In this document: positions 8,607-18,633 of the stretch, piece after piece | How the letters are laid out: each line of letters opens with the position of its first letter | Numbering within the stretch: position 1 is the first letter of the stretch | Source: a virus | Taxonomy: Duplodnaviria > Heunggongvirae > Uroviricota > Caudoviricetes | DNA length: 42,184 bases | Reading direction: 5' to 3' (one strand) | IMG/VR virus record: IMGVR_UViG_2565956633_000005 | Span: 1-42,184 of that record | Translations under genes and position numbers: made by a program | Notes under the pieces: model-generated | What the model saw: only the letters and a program-made list of their open reading frames with translations | Told to the model about the DNA's origin: nothing | The model's database searches: none

Positions 8607-10109
8607 TTAAGCTCCTGTTGATTCAGCCCGAGTGCGGAACTGATTGAGCAGCGCGAAAATGCGCAACTGGTTCATGAGGGTTCCCGGCCACAGCACATCG
8701 ACGCGGTTCGGATTTTTGGCGTTCTGCTCGACGATGATATTTTTTGCGAATGCCTCCGCATCCTGCGCATAACCGTTCCATACCAGAGTCTGGTACTCGG
8801 CAATCTGATCGGCCTTGATAATGTTTGGCGTGACGATCGCCGCGCCAGGTGCAAATCGGGTTCCATCCGCAGCAAGCTTCATACGGCCAAACTTGCTGGT
8901 CACCGCTGTGCGCAGGTAGCGGGTCACAAACATCAGGCTGAACAGCGTCTCCACTTCCAGATAACTGTCATCTGCATCGCCATAGCTGTTTTTCTGGTAG
9001 GTGGTGATCAGGTTTTCAATGCGCACCGTGCCATCGTCATCGACCGTAAATGTCGAAATGCCGCTGTACAGCAGATTGTTACGCTCGGTCAGCTCAAAGC
9101 GATCCTGCAGTTCTGGCGCAAGCACCCCCTGAACAGCGAGCGACTGTAGCGGGCGGCCGGGGTCATTACGCAGACTCACCGCAGCTGCGCCGGTGTAAGC
9201 TGCAGACCATGCCCAGGAAGGGGACGGCGATTTATTTACGCCCAGCAGGGTCTCATGCTGGTTATTGCGCAGCTCACCTTTGGTACCGAGCTGGGCGTAA
9301 GTCCCGGTGGTGGTACCAAAGGAATGGCCATAAAGCTGCTTGTCCCATGCCCAGCGACCGCCAGTGTCTGACAGGAACTCCTTCATCACATTCAACGAGG
9401 TTGTATCGTCGTAAGGGTTGATGATGAAATCGAATGTCCGATCCTGCAGGTTTGCCAGCGCGCCGGTAATATCCGGAGCCCCGACTCCGTTAGACATAGC
9501 AGTAATCGTCAGTTCCAGGCCTGCAGGTGTGGACTCGCCTCCAGGTAAGCCGAGGAAGTTCAGGCGAATGTCGATCCCATTACCCGTAGCACCAAGATTC
9601 TTCGCGGTCAGGGTTACGGTATCCGTAGTCGCACTGGCGGTTACAGGTAGCGTGGTTTTTGCGTTAATCGCCGCGGCCAGAGAGGTGGCGATCGCTGCCA
9701 CCGTATCTGTTGCTACAACGGTCAACTGAATGCGCTCACCAGCAATATAAAGGGAGATCACTCCGGTTGCCGTCGGTGCGCTGCTCACTTTAATGGTGCC
9801 GGTTGCAGCCACCATGGAATCGGAGTCTTCCTCCAGCGGCAGGATCCAGACTTCGGCTGCGGTATCATTTTTCTGATACGCCGCCATCATGGCCTGCAGA
9901 ATTCCCCCTTTTCCTGTCAGCTCACCGACGGTATCCGAAGAGGAAACTCGCTGCGGAATACCAGGGGGGGTTGAGCCGGTACTGAGCATCCCACCGATAA
10001 GCAGGGTGCGCTGCGTGGCAGTGGCGTTATTCGCCATTGAGTTATCAAACTCAACGAAGAAAAGCCCTACCCGCAGGTTATCGGGAACACGAGCGAAAGG
10101 TACGGTCAT
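8607..10109 (-). CDS. contractile tail sheath protein
   Basis: 500-aa ORF; sheath-tube-chaperone-tape measure order. Confidence 0.8.
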   Translation of the reverse strand: MTVPFARVPDNLRVGLFFVEFDNSMANNATATQRTLLIGGMLSTGSTPPGIPQRVSSSDTVGELTGKGGILQAMMAAYQKNDTAAEVWILPLEEDSDSMVAATGTIKVSSAPTATGVISLYIAGERIQLTVVATDTVAAIATSLAAAINAKTTLPVTASATTDTVTLTAKNLGATGNGIDIRLNFLGLPGGESTPAGLELTITAMSNGVGAPDITGALANLQDRTFDFIINPYDDTTSLNVMKEFLSDTGGRWAWDKQLYGHSFGTTTGTYAQLGTKGELRNNQHETLLGVNKSPSPSWAWSAAYTGAAAVSLRNDPGRPLQSLAVQGVLAPELQDRFELTERNNLLYSGISTFTVDDDGTVRIENLITTYQKNSYGDADDSYLEVETLFSLMFVTRYLRTAVTSKFGRMKLAADGTRFAPGAAIVTPNIIKADQIAEYQTLVWNGYAQDAEAFAKNIIVEQNAKNPNRVDVLWPGTLMNQLRIFALLNQFRTRAESTGA

Positions 10110-10303
10110 TCATTTTCTCCCGCTTTTTTAGGTAATGATTGTTTCTCTGGCGCGCCCTCATCCTTTTTAGAGAGGATCACGTCCCCATCGCTCAGACGGC
10201 GACGCCAGAAAATATTGTCAGGTACTTCAGCACCCTCTTTAGGCAATGGGATGCCCTTGACGGGGCAGCGAACGCTGAGCCCGTTGTTCGGCTTAACAAA
10301 CAT
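10106..10303 (-). CDS. DUF2635-like small protein (Mu gp38-like)
   Basis: 65 aa, MFVKPNNGLSVRCPV...WRRRLSDGDVIL pattern typical of small gene upstream of Mu-like sheath. Confidence 0.6.
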   Translation of the reverse strand: MFVKPNNGLSVRCPVKGIPLPKEGAEVPDNIFWRRRLSDGDVILSKKDEGAPEKQSLPKKAGENE

Positions 10304-10306
10304 GGA

Positions 10307-10852
10307 TTACTCCTGAAGATTGAGGCTGATACCCGGTTTAACTGTGCCGTCTGGCATGTCGACCGCAATATCCATGCCCTCAAGGGGAACCGACTGGACA
10401 GGATAAAAATCTTCCGGCCCCTGGTAATGCTCTATGTCGATCTCGAAAAGAAGCTGCCCCATATGGGCCTCTCCTTCTGAATCAACATTGATGGTTGAAC
10501 GAACTTCCGCGTATTTCTGAATATTCCGCGTCAGTTCGTAGCTGTTGATCACCGCGCGCTCCACCTGCTCGCGAAGGCTTTCAAGCGCCAGCTCTGCCCG
10601 CATGGCTCCATCATCCACTGTATCGCCGTCATACTCCTGAACGCGCCCAGTGATCCTGACAGTGGTGAGGGTGGTAAAAGCAGGGGTATTACGCCCCTGT
10701 GATTTTTTCTGTTCAAAAGGCGTCTGAACCAACAACACAGGATACATATCTGGTGAAGTTGACCAGTCGCGTGGAGAGAATACGCGGTCGCCCGCGCTGG
10801 TTGTCCCGGTTAGTGCAGTGACAACCATTTGCCGAATCGCTGCTGAATTCAT
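10307..10852 (-). CDS. virion/tail completion protein (hypothetical, Mu gp37 position)
   Basis: 181-aa ORF, ATGA overlap with upstream gene. Confidence 0.45.
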   Translation of the reverse strand: MNSAAIRQMVVTALTGTTSAGDRVFSPRDWSTSPDMYPVLLVQTPFEQKKSQGRNTPAFTTLTTVRITGRVQEYDGDTVDDGAMRAELALESLREQVERAVINSYELTRNIQKYAEVRSTINVDSEGEAHMGQLLFEIDIEHYQGPEDFYPVQSVPLEGMDIAVDMPDGTVKPGISLNLQE

Positions 10853-11208
10853 CGCGGTTTTACCACATTGAGGACAAGACGAGATCCGCCATGACTGTCG
10901 GGTTCGACGTTTGACACAACAAATAACTGATTGATGATGTGACCACCGACCGTCTTTATAAATACCCGGTCAGATACAGCAGGTTGCGATTTACCCAGCT
11001 TGCGAAATTCAGCATCGCGCACACCCAACATCGGGCTGGAGGTGTTAATTTCTGAATCGCCATCAAGGTTTTCAGCAACCTGCGCATAACCACGGTCAAA
11101 AATCCCGTTAATTGTAAAAGGAGTACCGTTACGTGGACGGTACTCGTGCTCATCGCCAAAGACATCATGCAGCGGACTCAGAAGATGAGAATCCCAGTCC
11201 ACGCCCAT
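10849..11208 (-). CDS. head-tail joining protein (hypothetical)
   Basis: Track ORF trimmed to ATG at 11206-11208 (MGVDWDSHLL...) to avoid overlap with upstream gene. Confidence 0.45.
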   Translation of the reverse strand: MGVDWDSHLLSPLHDVFGDEHEYRPRNGTPFTINGIFDRGYAQVAENLDGDSEINTSSPMLGVRDAEFRKLGKSQPAVSDRVFIKTVGGHIINQLFVVSNVEPDSHGGSRLVLNVVKPR

Positions 11209-11212
11209 GTCA

Positions 11213-11593
11213 TTACCCTGTCGTAACTGAAACTGATGGCTGAGAAGCAAGAACTCGCTTACGAAGCACATCAACATCAGCAATAACGCCGGACTGCAGA
11301 AGACGCTCAGCATCTTTGCCGGTTACAGGGATGCGCATATTTTCGCGGTACATCTCCCCGTCATGACGAATGCAATTCCCTTTCAACACCACATACTCCT
11401 GCGATTCAGTGTCTCCGGATTTTTCGTCACCACCATCGTCATCAACAGACAATTCGGCATCATCTGTTTTGCTCAAAGGCTGTTTTTCCTGGGTGTTATC
11501 GCCAGCATTCAGGTCGTCAACGCTCAGGCCGTCTTTGGCAGATCCTTCTGCATTCAGATCATCAGCCAGCCCGGTATTAGGTTGTTTTGCCAT
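11213..11593 (-). CDS. hypothetical head-associated protein with acidic N-terminus
   Basis: ATG at 11591-11593 (MAKQPNTG...) 1 nt after capsid stop. Confidence 0.4.
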   Translation of the reverse strand: MAKQPNTGLADDLNAEGSAKDGLSVDDLNAGDNTQEKQPLSKTDDAELSVDDDGGDEKSGDTESQEYVVLKGNCIRHDGEMYRENMRIPVTGKDAERLLQSGVIADVDVLRKRVLASQPSVSVTTG

Positions 11594-11594
11594 A

Positions 11595-12644
11595 TCAGAC
11601 CACCGTTGCGCAGAGGGATGCATTTACCCGGCTCGGAATAACCAGCGGGGAGGATTGCATCAGGATAAGACGCTGGGCTGGATCTTCTTTCACCCAGGAT
11701 TTTGGCGCATAAGCCAGCGGACCGTAGTTGAAAGCCGGGTCCAGGATAACGCCAAAGGCGCGGGTACCCATCAGATCGGCACCACTCATAATGACAGCGC
11801 CATCGGGGATCATAGGCTTCTCGACGTTGTCCAGCGGGTCAATAAACCAGTCGTTATATAACCAGAGGTCAAAGTTACCCCAACGCCCTTTATAAATTGC
11901 GCCCTTCATCGCCTGTGGGCCGGCGTTAATTTGGTTACCAAACGGGCTCAGCGCCGGGAATGTAATGGCGTTATCCTTGATGGTGGTATCCAGTCGGAAT
12001 GCACGCCATGACTTATTCGTAAAGACCAGATCCGTGGCGACAGAGCCGGACTCTTTCAGGAAAGTAGTCTGCCAGATTTCAATGTCATCTGATGGCTGGG
12101 TATTGGTAGCGCCAGCTGCAACGGTCAGAGGCCATTTATCCGAGCCGCTAAGAGTGATGGTCAGATCCGAAGCACGACCGAAATCCACCACCTTAGTTTC
12201 ATAGCCCTCCCCGGCGACGGTTACGGTCCCGGACACCAGCGCACTGGCCGCCATCCATTCCAGACGACGGTTGATCATGTCAATCTGGTCAGCCATTTCA
12301 AACTGAAGGTTCAGCATTTCGCGCTCGGCAGCGGTATATTCCCCGCCAATACGCTCACCAATCTGGCGACGGATAGGTTTGCGCAGGTCCGGCGCGCGCT
12401 TATCTTTGATGTATGCCGGTTTAAAGGTATTGGTCTGGTATTTACGGGATTCGACCAGCTTACCTTCCACCAGCGGGGAGACGAACGGCGCCATACGACG
12501 CAGGCCGACATCAACATCAATCGCCACTTCTTCAGTCTCGTAAGTTACGACATTCGGGAAGAAGCGATCGAGCAGCCAGTTCTGACTGGTTTTCAGGTTA
12601 GGAACAACCTGCACCAGCACGCTGGTATCAAAAATATTTTCCAT
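11595..12644 (-). CDS. major capsid protein, lambda gpE-like
   Basis: Resembles lambda E from memory; track start is a TTG, chosen start is ATG at 12642-12644 (MENIFDTSV...). Confidence 0.8.
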   Translation of the reverse strand: MENIFDTSVLVQVVPNLKTSQNWLLDRFFPNVVTYETEEVAIDVDVGLRRMAPFVSPLVEGKLVESRKYQTNTFKPAYIKDKRAPDLRKPIRRQIGERIGGEYTAAEREMLNLQFEMADQIDMINRRLEWMAASALVSGTVTVAGEGYETKVVDFGRASDLTITLSGSDKWPLTVAAGATNTQPSDDIEIWQTTFLKESGSVATDLVFTNKSWRAFRLDTTIKDNAITFPALSPFGNQINAGPQAMKGAIYKGRWGNFDLWLYNDWFIDPLDNVEKPMIPDGAVIMSGADLMGTRAFGVILDPAFNYGPLAYAPKSWVKEDPAQRLILMQSSPLVIPSRVNASLCATVV

Positions 12645-12741
12645 ATTCAGTCTCTTGATAGTGCCAGCCGCAGCTGGCAAAAAATTTAAACGAGCCAGCC
12701 CCTGCCGGTTAAAGCATTCGTCAGGAGAGCCGTGGGGGAAA

Positions 12742-13146
12742 TCAGGAGGTGGTTACAGGTGCCTGGTCACTGTCTTTCAGGAAGATAGCCAGCGGTCGGA
12801 GCGCTTTTTTCAGGTCAGCGGTCGTCCAGGAGTTATCAAAAATAATTCGGTGCTGGTTGAATTCCCCCATCAGATACAGGCCGCCGTTCTGATCGAAAGA
12901 CGATGCATCAACATCATCAACCAGAATAGCAACGGGTAACTGACTGCCATCTTCAGCCGTTTTCACACATTGCGTGTATTTCCCGCTGGCAGCCACCAGG
13001 CCCAGGACAGTACCACGCTTAAAGGCACCGCCCGTAATGATCCCGGTGTCAGTCACCAGCTGGAGCGTGCCAGCGACAAGCTGATCCGGAACAAACAGCG
13101 CGCTCTTCATGCCAGGCGCAAACGCATTCTGACCAAACTGATCCAT
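12742..13146 (-). CDS. head decoration protein (lambda gpD-like)
   Basis: 134-aa ORF between scaffold and capsid genes; GGAG RBS. Confidence 0.65.
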   Translation of the reverse strand: MDQFGQNAFAPGMKSALFVPDQLVAGTLQLVTDTGIITGGAFKRGTVLGLVAASGKYTQCVKTAEDGSQLPVAILVDDVDASSFDQNGGLYLMGEFNQHRIIFDNSWTTADLKKALRPLAIFLKDSDQAPVTTS

Positions 13147-13736
13147 TATTTCTCTCCTCTTGTGGAGTTGTAGAGGCCGGTCATTTTACTTACCAGCGCA
13201 GACTTTCCGGTCTCTTTCTGTCCGCTATCCGGATTAAGCCGGACCTGGTGGCTTTCCTGCATACGCTGATCGAGAGAGCGTTTACGGGATGGCTGAGATG
13301 CGGCTGCGGCCGGAGCCGAAGAGGCTAGGACATTAATTGCTGCCGCAGAACTCATCCCGGTATTGAAAGCCAGTGACGCGGCCAGTGAAGGATTCGCAGC
13401 TGCATGCTTACTGCCGAAAATACGGGCGCAGCGTTTACGCTCAGCAGCGCGTGCATTTTTTACCGCCTTACTCTCTTTGCGATCGTCGTCGCCGTCGTCT
13501 TCAGAATCATCATCTTCTGACGCATCCGGATCATCGCAGTCATCTTCAGCATCATCGTCGCGTTCGTCTTCTTCCGCGTCGTCGTCGCGCTCATCATCAT
13601 CGGCATCATCTTCGCGCTCATCCTCTTCCGCGCGACGGGCTTTCGCTTTTTTGGCTTTTTTATCCTCTTCTTCCTCAGAAGCGGAAGGGCCAAGACCAAT
13701 GAGGTGAGCAAAACTAAACGTCTTTTTCTTTGCCAT
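13146..13736 (-). CDS. scaffolding protein with acidic low-complexity repeats
   Basis: ATG at 13734-13736 (MAKKKTFSF...) with AGGAG RBS, right after protease stop; Asp/Glu-rich tract. Confidence 0.55.
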   Translation of the reverse strand: MAKKKTFSFAHLIGLGPSASEEEEDKKAKKAKARRAEEDEREDDADDDERDDDAEEDERDDDAEDDCDDPDASEDDDSEDDGDDDRKESKAVKNARAAERKRCARIFGSKHAAANPSLAASLAFNTGMSSAAAINVLASSAPAAAASQPSRKRSLDQRMQESHQVRLNPDSGQKETGKSALVSKMTGLYNSTRGEK

Positions 13737-13737
13737 T

Positions 13738-14604
13738 TCAGGCTCCTGTTTTTTCAAGTAAGTTTTTGAACGCAGCGTCAGGAGGACACACCTCATCAGC
13801 CAGTCCAATTTCAACGCCATCAGCAGCCATAAAACAGGCGGCCTGGGTACTTTTTATAACCTTTGCGCTAATCCCCCGGTTTCTGGCAACAGTGTTCACA
13901 AACAATTCGCCCATGGTGTTAATGTCCTGCTGGATGGCGGCCAGCGCTTCATCTGACAACTCTCTCAGCGGCGAACCTTCAGCCTTGCGGGATCCATAGG
14001 TGATGATCGTAACTTTAAGACCGTCATCTTTAATCCGCTGCGTCCAGTCAAGGTGCATGGTGATCACACCCACAGAACCCACTCCGCCGGTGCGCGGAAC
14101 AGAAATCCGGTCCGCTGCACTGGCAATGGCATACGCAGCGGAATAAGCGCTTTCCGTCAGAATGGCATGGATAGGCTTTTTCCCCCGGGAGCCGTAAATG
14201 ACATCAACCAGATCGAAGCATCCAGCGACCTCGCCGCCGGGTGAGTCGATATCCAGGCAAATGCCCGAAATGTCGGGATCTTCCATCGCAGTAAGAAACG
14301 CCTGACGAATGCCGTCATACCCTGTCATTCCACTGTACGGACGCAGACTGCCCAGTTTTTGCACCAGCGTTCCGCATATCGGGATGACGGCGACACCCAG
14401 CACATTGTCATAACCCGGATCACTACGGGATTCACGTCCCCGGTTATCGTCATATCCGTACCAGTCATCCTCCATGGCAAGAGAAGATTCGATTTTACTG
14501 ATACCAAATCGGTCCATTACGGATGCCATGATGACTTCGGCTTTACTCGGGTGCAGCGCCAGCGGGGTGTTAAATAATCGCTGGGCCAGATGGGGTAGAT
14601 TCAC
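13738..14604 (-). CDS. head maturation protease, S49/SppA family (lambda gpC-like)
   Basis: N-terminus NLPHLAQRLFNTPLALHP resembles lambda C; probable GTG start overlapping portal stop. Confidence 0.75.
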   Translation of the reverse strand: MNLPHLAQRLFNTPLALHPSKAEVIMASVMDRFGISKIESSLAMEDDWYGYDDNRGRESRSDPGYDNVLGVAVIPICGTLVQKLGSLRPYSGMTGYDGIRQAFLTAMEDPDISGICLDIDSPGGEVAGCFDLVDVIYGSRGKKPIHAILTESAYSAAYAIASAADRISVPRTGGVGSVGVITMHLDWTQRIKDDGLKVTIITYGSRKAEGSPLRELSDEALAAIQQDINTMGELFVNTVARNRGISAKVIKSTQAACFMAADGVEIGLADEVCPPDAAFKNLLEKTGA

Positions 14605-16238
14605 TTTTCCTCCGGATCGGTAATGGTCTGGCTCGCAAACTGGTCAGCCTGTGCCCAGCTCGGAAGCGGTAATCCGCGTTTAAGACATGACTCAATTTCT
14701 CTCTGGCGCTGATCAAGCACTTCTTCCCAGTCTTCACCGACGTTTTCACCCACCTCAATCTCGAGGGTGGAAAGTCCGGCATCCAGACCAAGAATGGCGC
14801 CTTTTTTCTCTGCAACCGGATCCACCCAGCCGCGCCCTGGCCCCATCCAGCGCGCGCGAGAATACGCGGCTCTGGCGTCAACAAAATCAGGTGCGCCTGC
14901 GGGCAGGGGTAAATCCTCATTGTCGTGAACTTCTTCAACAAAGGCGGTGAGAATGGGCTGAGCGAAGCCGGTAGAAAAATCGTCCCGGCGGCGAGTCAGT
15001 GTTTTCCATGCCTCCAGCAACGAGGAGCGTGCAGAACTGTAGTTAACGTCAGACCAGTCCTGGGTGACCTGCTGTGGGGACAACCCTGTTCCTGAAGAAA
15101 AATTACGGAGAACAGCAGATTCGAAGACTTCAAAATTGCTGTAGGGCCGCGCCGCGTTAACCGTCGTGATTTTCTCACCAGGATAAAGAATGGGCATTCG
15201 GGCACCATTCTGAAGTGTCAGACGCCGATCGTTATGGAACTCAACACGCCCGTCCTGATAAGTGCCTAACTCCGACTCGTCATAGGTCTCGCCCAGGGCA
15301 GACTGAACCATCGCAGGGTCATAGGGTGACTCAATGTAAGCGGCGAATATGGCATTAAGAATTGCTGCCTCAAGCTCACTCTGGTCATACTTCACCAGCA
15401 TTTTCAGACGCTGAATAACCGGAGTCAGGATGCCGTTACCGCGGTGCTGCGCGCCACGCTCATGATCAAAATCGTGAACTACATGCGGGCGGCCCCAGTC
15501 AGTTTCACGCGGGATACGCTGCCACGTCATGGTTTTAGCCCCGCTCCACCAGTCACCGATATGGGCCTCCCTGATGTGGTAAGCAACCGGTGCACCGTCC
15601 GCATCAATTTCAACGCCACCACGGACATTTGGCATATCGAAATTCTGCTGAGGATTACTGAGGCGGTCAGGATCGACAATCTGTACCGTGGTGGCGTAAC
15701 GCCCTCTTCCGGGACCAAGCCTGTCAGTTCTGTACTGGAGAATGGCCAGAGCATCCCCGTCAATAAGCTTGTGACGAAATCCCAGGCGTAACATCTGCGA
15801 CACGGTGAGTTTTCGTTCAACATCACAATACCGGCCAGGATCGTTACTCCAGGTCCGCCAGTGCCCGTCCAGTGCTTTTCCGTACTCTTCCGCCCAGGAC
15901 GCATCAAACGCCTTGTTTCCGGTGATCATTCTGAGAACACGGTAATCGGGTTTCATGATGGGGCGGAAGTTGGCACCAACCGCATTATCCAGCAGACGTG
16001 TGACCGCACCGTTTGCCCAGCCGTCATTACGGACCAGATCGCGTGCGCGGGACACGATGCGATCCCGGTAAATGTTAATTTCATTGTCCGGGGACCACAG
16101 CGCGGGTTGCCAGTTCGCCAGTTGATCGCTGAAAGAGTCAGCTGCGTCATAAGGTACGCGGCTCCCCCCCACCAGCATAGAAGGACGCTGCTGTCGCAAC
16201 GGCTGCCCATCAGAGCCCAGTATCTGTACTTTATTCAT
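14601..16238 (-). CDS. portal protein (lambda gpB-like)
   Basis: 545-aa ORF between gpW and protease. Confidence 0.8.
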   Translation of the reverse strand: MNKVQILGSDGQPLRQQRPSMLVGGSRVPYDAADSFSDQLANWQPALWSPDNEINIYRDRIVSRARDLVRNDGWANGAVTRLLDNAVGANFRPIMKPDYRVLRMITGNKAFDASWAEEYGKALDGHWRTWSNDPGRYCDVERKLTVSQMLRLGFRHKLIDGDALAILQYRTDRLGPGRGRYATTVQIVDPDRLSNPQQNFDMPNVRGGVEIDADGAPVAYHIREAHIGDWWSGAKTMTWQRIPRETDWGRPHVVHDFDHERGAQHRGNGILTPVIQRLKMLVKYDQSELEAAILNAIFAAYIESPYDPAMVQSALGETYDESELGTYQDGRVEFHNDRRLTLQNGARMPILYPGEKITTVNAARPYSNFEVFESAVLRNFSSGTGLSPQQVTQDWSDVNYSSARSSLLEAWKTLTRRRDDFSTGFAQPILTAFVEEVHDNEDLPLPAGAPDFVDARAAYSRARWMGPGRGWVDPVAEKKGAILGLDAGLSTLEIEVGENVGEDWEEVLDQRQREIESCLKRGLPLPSWAQADQFASQTITDPEEK

Positions 16239-16501
16239 CAGAATCTAAACCTCGCTGGTTTCCGGGGGCGAGAGATAATCCCCAGTTGCGCCTGCAGAAG
16301 TTGAATCAGGGCCAGCAGATCAGCCAGGGTGCTTTGCTGATAGGACACTGATCGCGTCCCGTCTCCCTGCGTATAGGAAAACGAAACACCGTGGCTCCCG
16401 GTTGCTAAATCAATGTACGCCTGCTGAGCTTTCGCAAGCGCATCCCTGAGCTGATCGTCAGTCATTGCGCCGGCAAGCAGGCTGGTGTTCCGGTTGAACA
16501 T
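16238..16501 (-). CDS. head-tail joining protein gpW-like
   Basis: 87 aa; C-terminal ...RPRKPARFRF resembles lambda W ...RRRGPAGFYV; sits between terminase and portal. Confidence 0.65.
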   Translation of the reverse strand: MFNRNTSLLAGAMTDDQLRDALAKAQQAYIDLATGSHGVSFSYTQGDGTRSVSYQQSTLADLLALIQLLQAQLGIISRPRKPARFRF

Positions 16502-16509
16502 GATTTTCC

Positions 16510-18633
16510 TTATTTCGGCAGGAGTTGCGATATTCGCTTACGTTTGACCGGCGCTGGTTCTTCAATAACCGCACCCGGCAGCTCGTAATTGATTTTTTCT
16601 TCCTGTCCAACTGGCGCTGGCAGGAACTTATCCGGATCGGCTTCGAGGTTGGCGGCCCGGACGTTGAGTTTTAACCCCATATGTTTGAGACCGCACAGCG
16701 CGGCATAGCTGTAAACGAGGCAGTCAAGCGCTTCGTTAGCTCGTCCTGGTATTGCTTCCCAGATACTGTACCGCTGCCCGGAAATGACTTTGTAAACCAG
16801 TCGCTCCGCCAGCAGCTGATTGAAGTACCCGAGATCGCGATCGTCAGGAAAATGCATATAACCCGCAGCGGCGGCGCCAGGTTTGGGTGGCTCAAGATGC
16901 AGGCGACCGCGTATCACGTCTTTCGCTGAGTTAACCCCCAGAATGACAGGGCGGAAACTGGCTTTGCTTTTCGATGATGGTCGTTTGGTCGGCCAGACAG
17001 GATTGCGTTTGCCTCCCTGTGCAGACTCCCCCTTAATTGCCCAGACACGACGGCCAAGACGCTCTTTGGCGAATTCGTATACCTTCTGCGTATGGTGGCC
17101 GCCGGAGTCCATGCACGTTGCCATGATATTCAGGCCGCGCCCGTCACCACGTCGCCAGATCTGTTTCAGGTATGCATCCAGTCGCTTCCAGGGTTCTTCC
17201 GTCTCAAGGTCACCATAAATAACGTCATGCGCGACCGACCACGATTCTTCATCTCTCCCCCAGCCGGTGATCGTAATTTCGAAGCGATCGTCCTGGGTAT
17301 CAACTCCAGCTGTTAACAATGCCACCCCGTCCGGAACGACGGCCGGAAATATTTCCCGGCGCGCCAGCAGAACATCAACAGGGAGCTGTTTCCCATGATT
17401 AGGTCGGTGCGGAAGCCCCATCTGGGTATTCCACCACGCCTGTTCCTTATCCGGATCGCCCTTCGCATCGATATATTTTTTCGCAATATCCGACGGCTTA
17501 TCTTTTTGCCAGGGGCTGAAAAGCTTGGATGCCTGGTACCCCGCGTGGTGGTTATCGACTGCCTCCTTTCCACAGGAGGGGCAGATTGCGCGATAGACCG
17601 CATGCCGTTCCGACTCTGACCATTGCCAGACCTTTTCAACGCTGCCCTCGTCTGCCGCCCGCCAGGCAAGGTCATAATCCATCAGCGGTGAGTGCCGCTC
17701 CCCGCAGCACTCAAATGGGCGCGTCTGATGCCATCGAATAGTGTGCAGAGCTCTGAGGCGCTGTCCTTCGGACCAGCCACTACCACAGCATTCGCAATAG
17801 AGCATCGCCGATTTAGTCAGGTGTTTATCTCCCTCTTTCGGCCACTGAACGTGTTTGAAAAAGTCGGGGAACTGGCGGTGGCCACAGTGCGGGCAAACCA
17901 CAGATGCCCGGCGCTGATCGGAGTCGGCGTAGCTGTCAGCAATGCGGCTCTCATCCTCCACCGTCGGCGAACAGGCGCGTACAGACAGCCAGGTCAGGCC
18001 AAATGTCGCTGTACGCTCTTCGGCCAGCGCAATTGGATCGCCTTCGCGGGTTATCGGGTACTTGTCCACTTCATCCGCCAGCAGGACACGAATCGGACGA
18101 CGCGCAAGGTTATCAGGGCTACCAGCACCCGCCAGCGCCAGAAATCCGCCAGTGAATGCCTTGTAAAGAATGGTTTCTTTCGAGCTTTTCTGTTTCGAAT
18201 CACCGATGATTTTACGCAGTACCGGCGTCACCCTTACCAGCGGGCTAATACGCTCTTTCGAAAACTGTTCAGCGGCTTCTTCTTTCGGCTGCAGCAGCAG
18301 TATCGGACAAGGATCGAGGTGGGCAAAATAGCCAAAAAGGTTTTCCAGCAGTGCTGTCTTCATCAACTGGGTACAGCACATTACAGTGATGATATGAACC
18401 CCGGACTCCGTCGCGGCAAGCATCGGTCCGCGGGCAATTTCTACCGTCGATGTTTCCCAGTTTCCCGAAGTGCTCCCAGCCTCTTTTGCCAGCTTACGAT
18501 AGTCATCTGCCCACTGCGGCACACTGATACGCGGCGGGGGTGTCCAGCCTTTGCGGACGCTTAATTCAAGACGCTCAATCTTCTGCCGGGTTAAACTCTG
18601 GCTCTCCGAGGACTGAGATGTGTTTGTGGACAT
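16510..18633 (-). CDS. terL: terminase large subunit (lambda gpA-like)
   Basis: About 707 aa; track start is TTG, ATG at 18631-18633 chosen. Confidence 0.85.
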   Translation of the reverse strand: MSTNTSQSSESQSLTRQKIERLELSVRKGWTPPPRISVPQWADDYRKLAKEAGSTSGNWETSTVEIARGPMLAATESGVHIITVMCCTQLMKTALLENLFGYFAHLDPCPILLLQPKEEAAEQFSKERISPLVRVTPVLRKIIGDSKQKSSKETILYKAFTGGFLALAGAGSPDNLARRPIRVLLADEVDKYPITREGDPIALAEERTATFGLTWLSVRACSPTVEDESRIADSYADSDQRRASVVCPHCGHRQFPDFFKHVQWPKEGDKHLTKSAMLYCECCGSGWSEGQRLRALHTIRWHQTRPFECCGERHSPLMDYDLAWRAADEGSVEKVWQWSESERHAVYRAICPSCGKEAVDNHHAGYQASKLFSPWQKDKPSDIAKKYIDAKGDPDKEQAWWNTQMGLPHRPNHGKQLPVDVLLARREIFPAVVPDGVALLTAGVDTQDDRFEITITGWGRDEESWSVAHDVIYGDLETEEPWKRLDAYLKQIWRRGDGRGLNIMATCMDSGGHHTQKVYEFAKERLGRRVWAIKGESAQGGKRNPVWPTKRPSSKSKASFRPVILGVNSAKDVIRGRLHLEPPKPGAAAAGYMHFPDDRDLGYFNQLLAERLVYKVISGQRYSIWEAIPGRANEALDCLVYSYAALCGLKHMGLKLNVRAANLEADPDKFLPAPVGQEEKINYELPGAVIEEPAPVKRKRISQLLPK

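Noticed and set aside
13363-13707. Ser/Arg-rich plus-strand ORFs (13363-13707, 13373-13702) and minus ORF 13460-13711
   Set aside because: Artefacts of the acidic repeat tract in the scaffold gene; low-complexity translation
17692-18564. 290-aa plus-strand ORF
   Set aside because: Entirely antisense within the terminase large subunit gene; Arg-rich composition typical of antisense GC-rich reading
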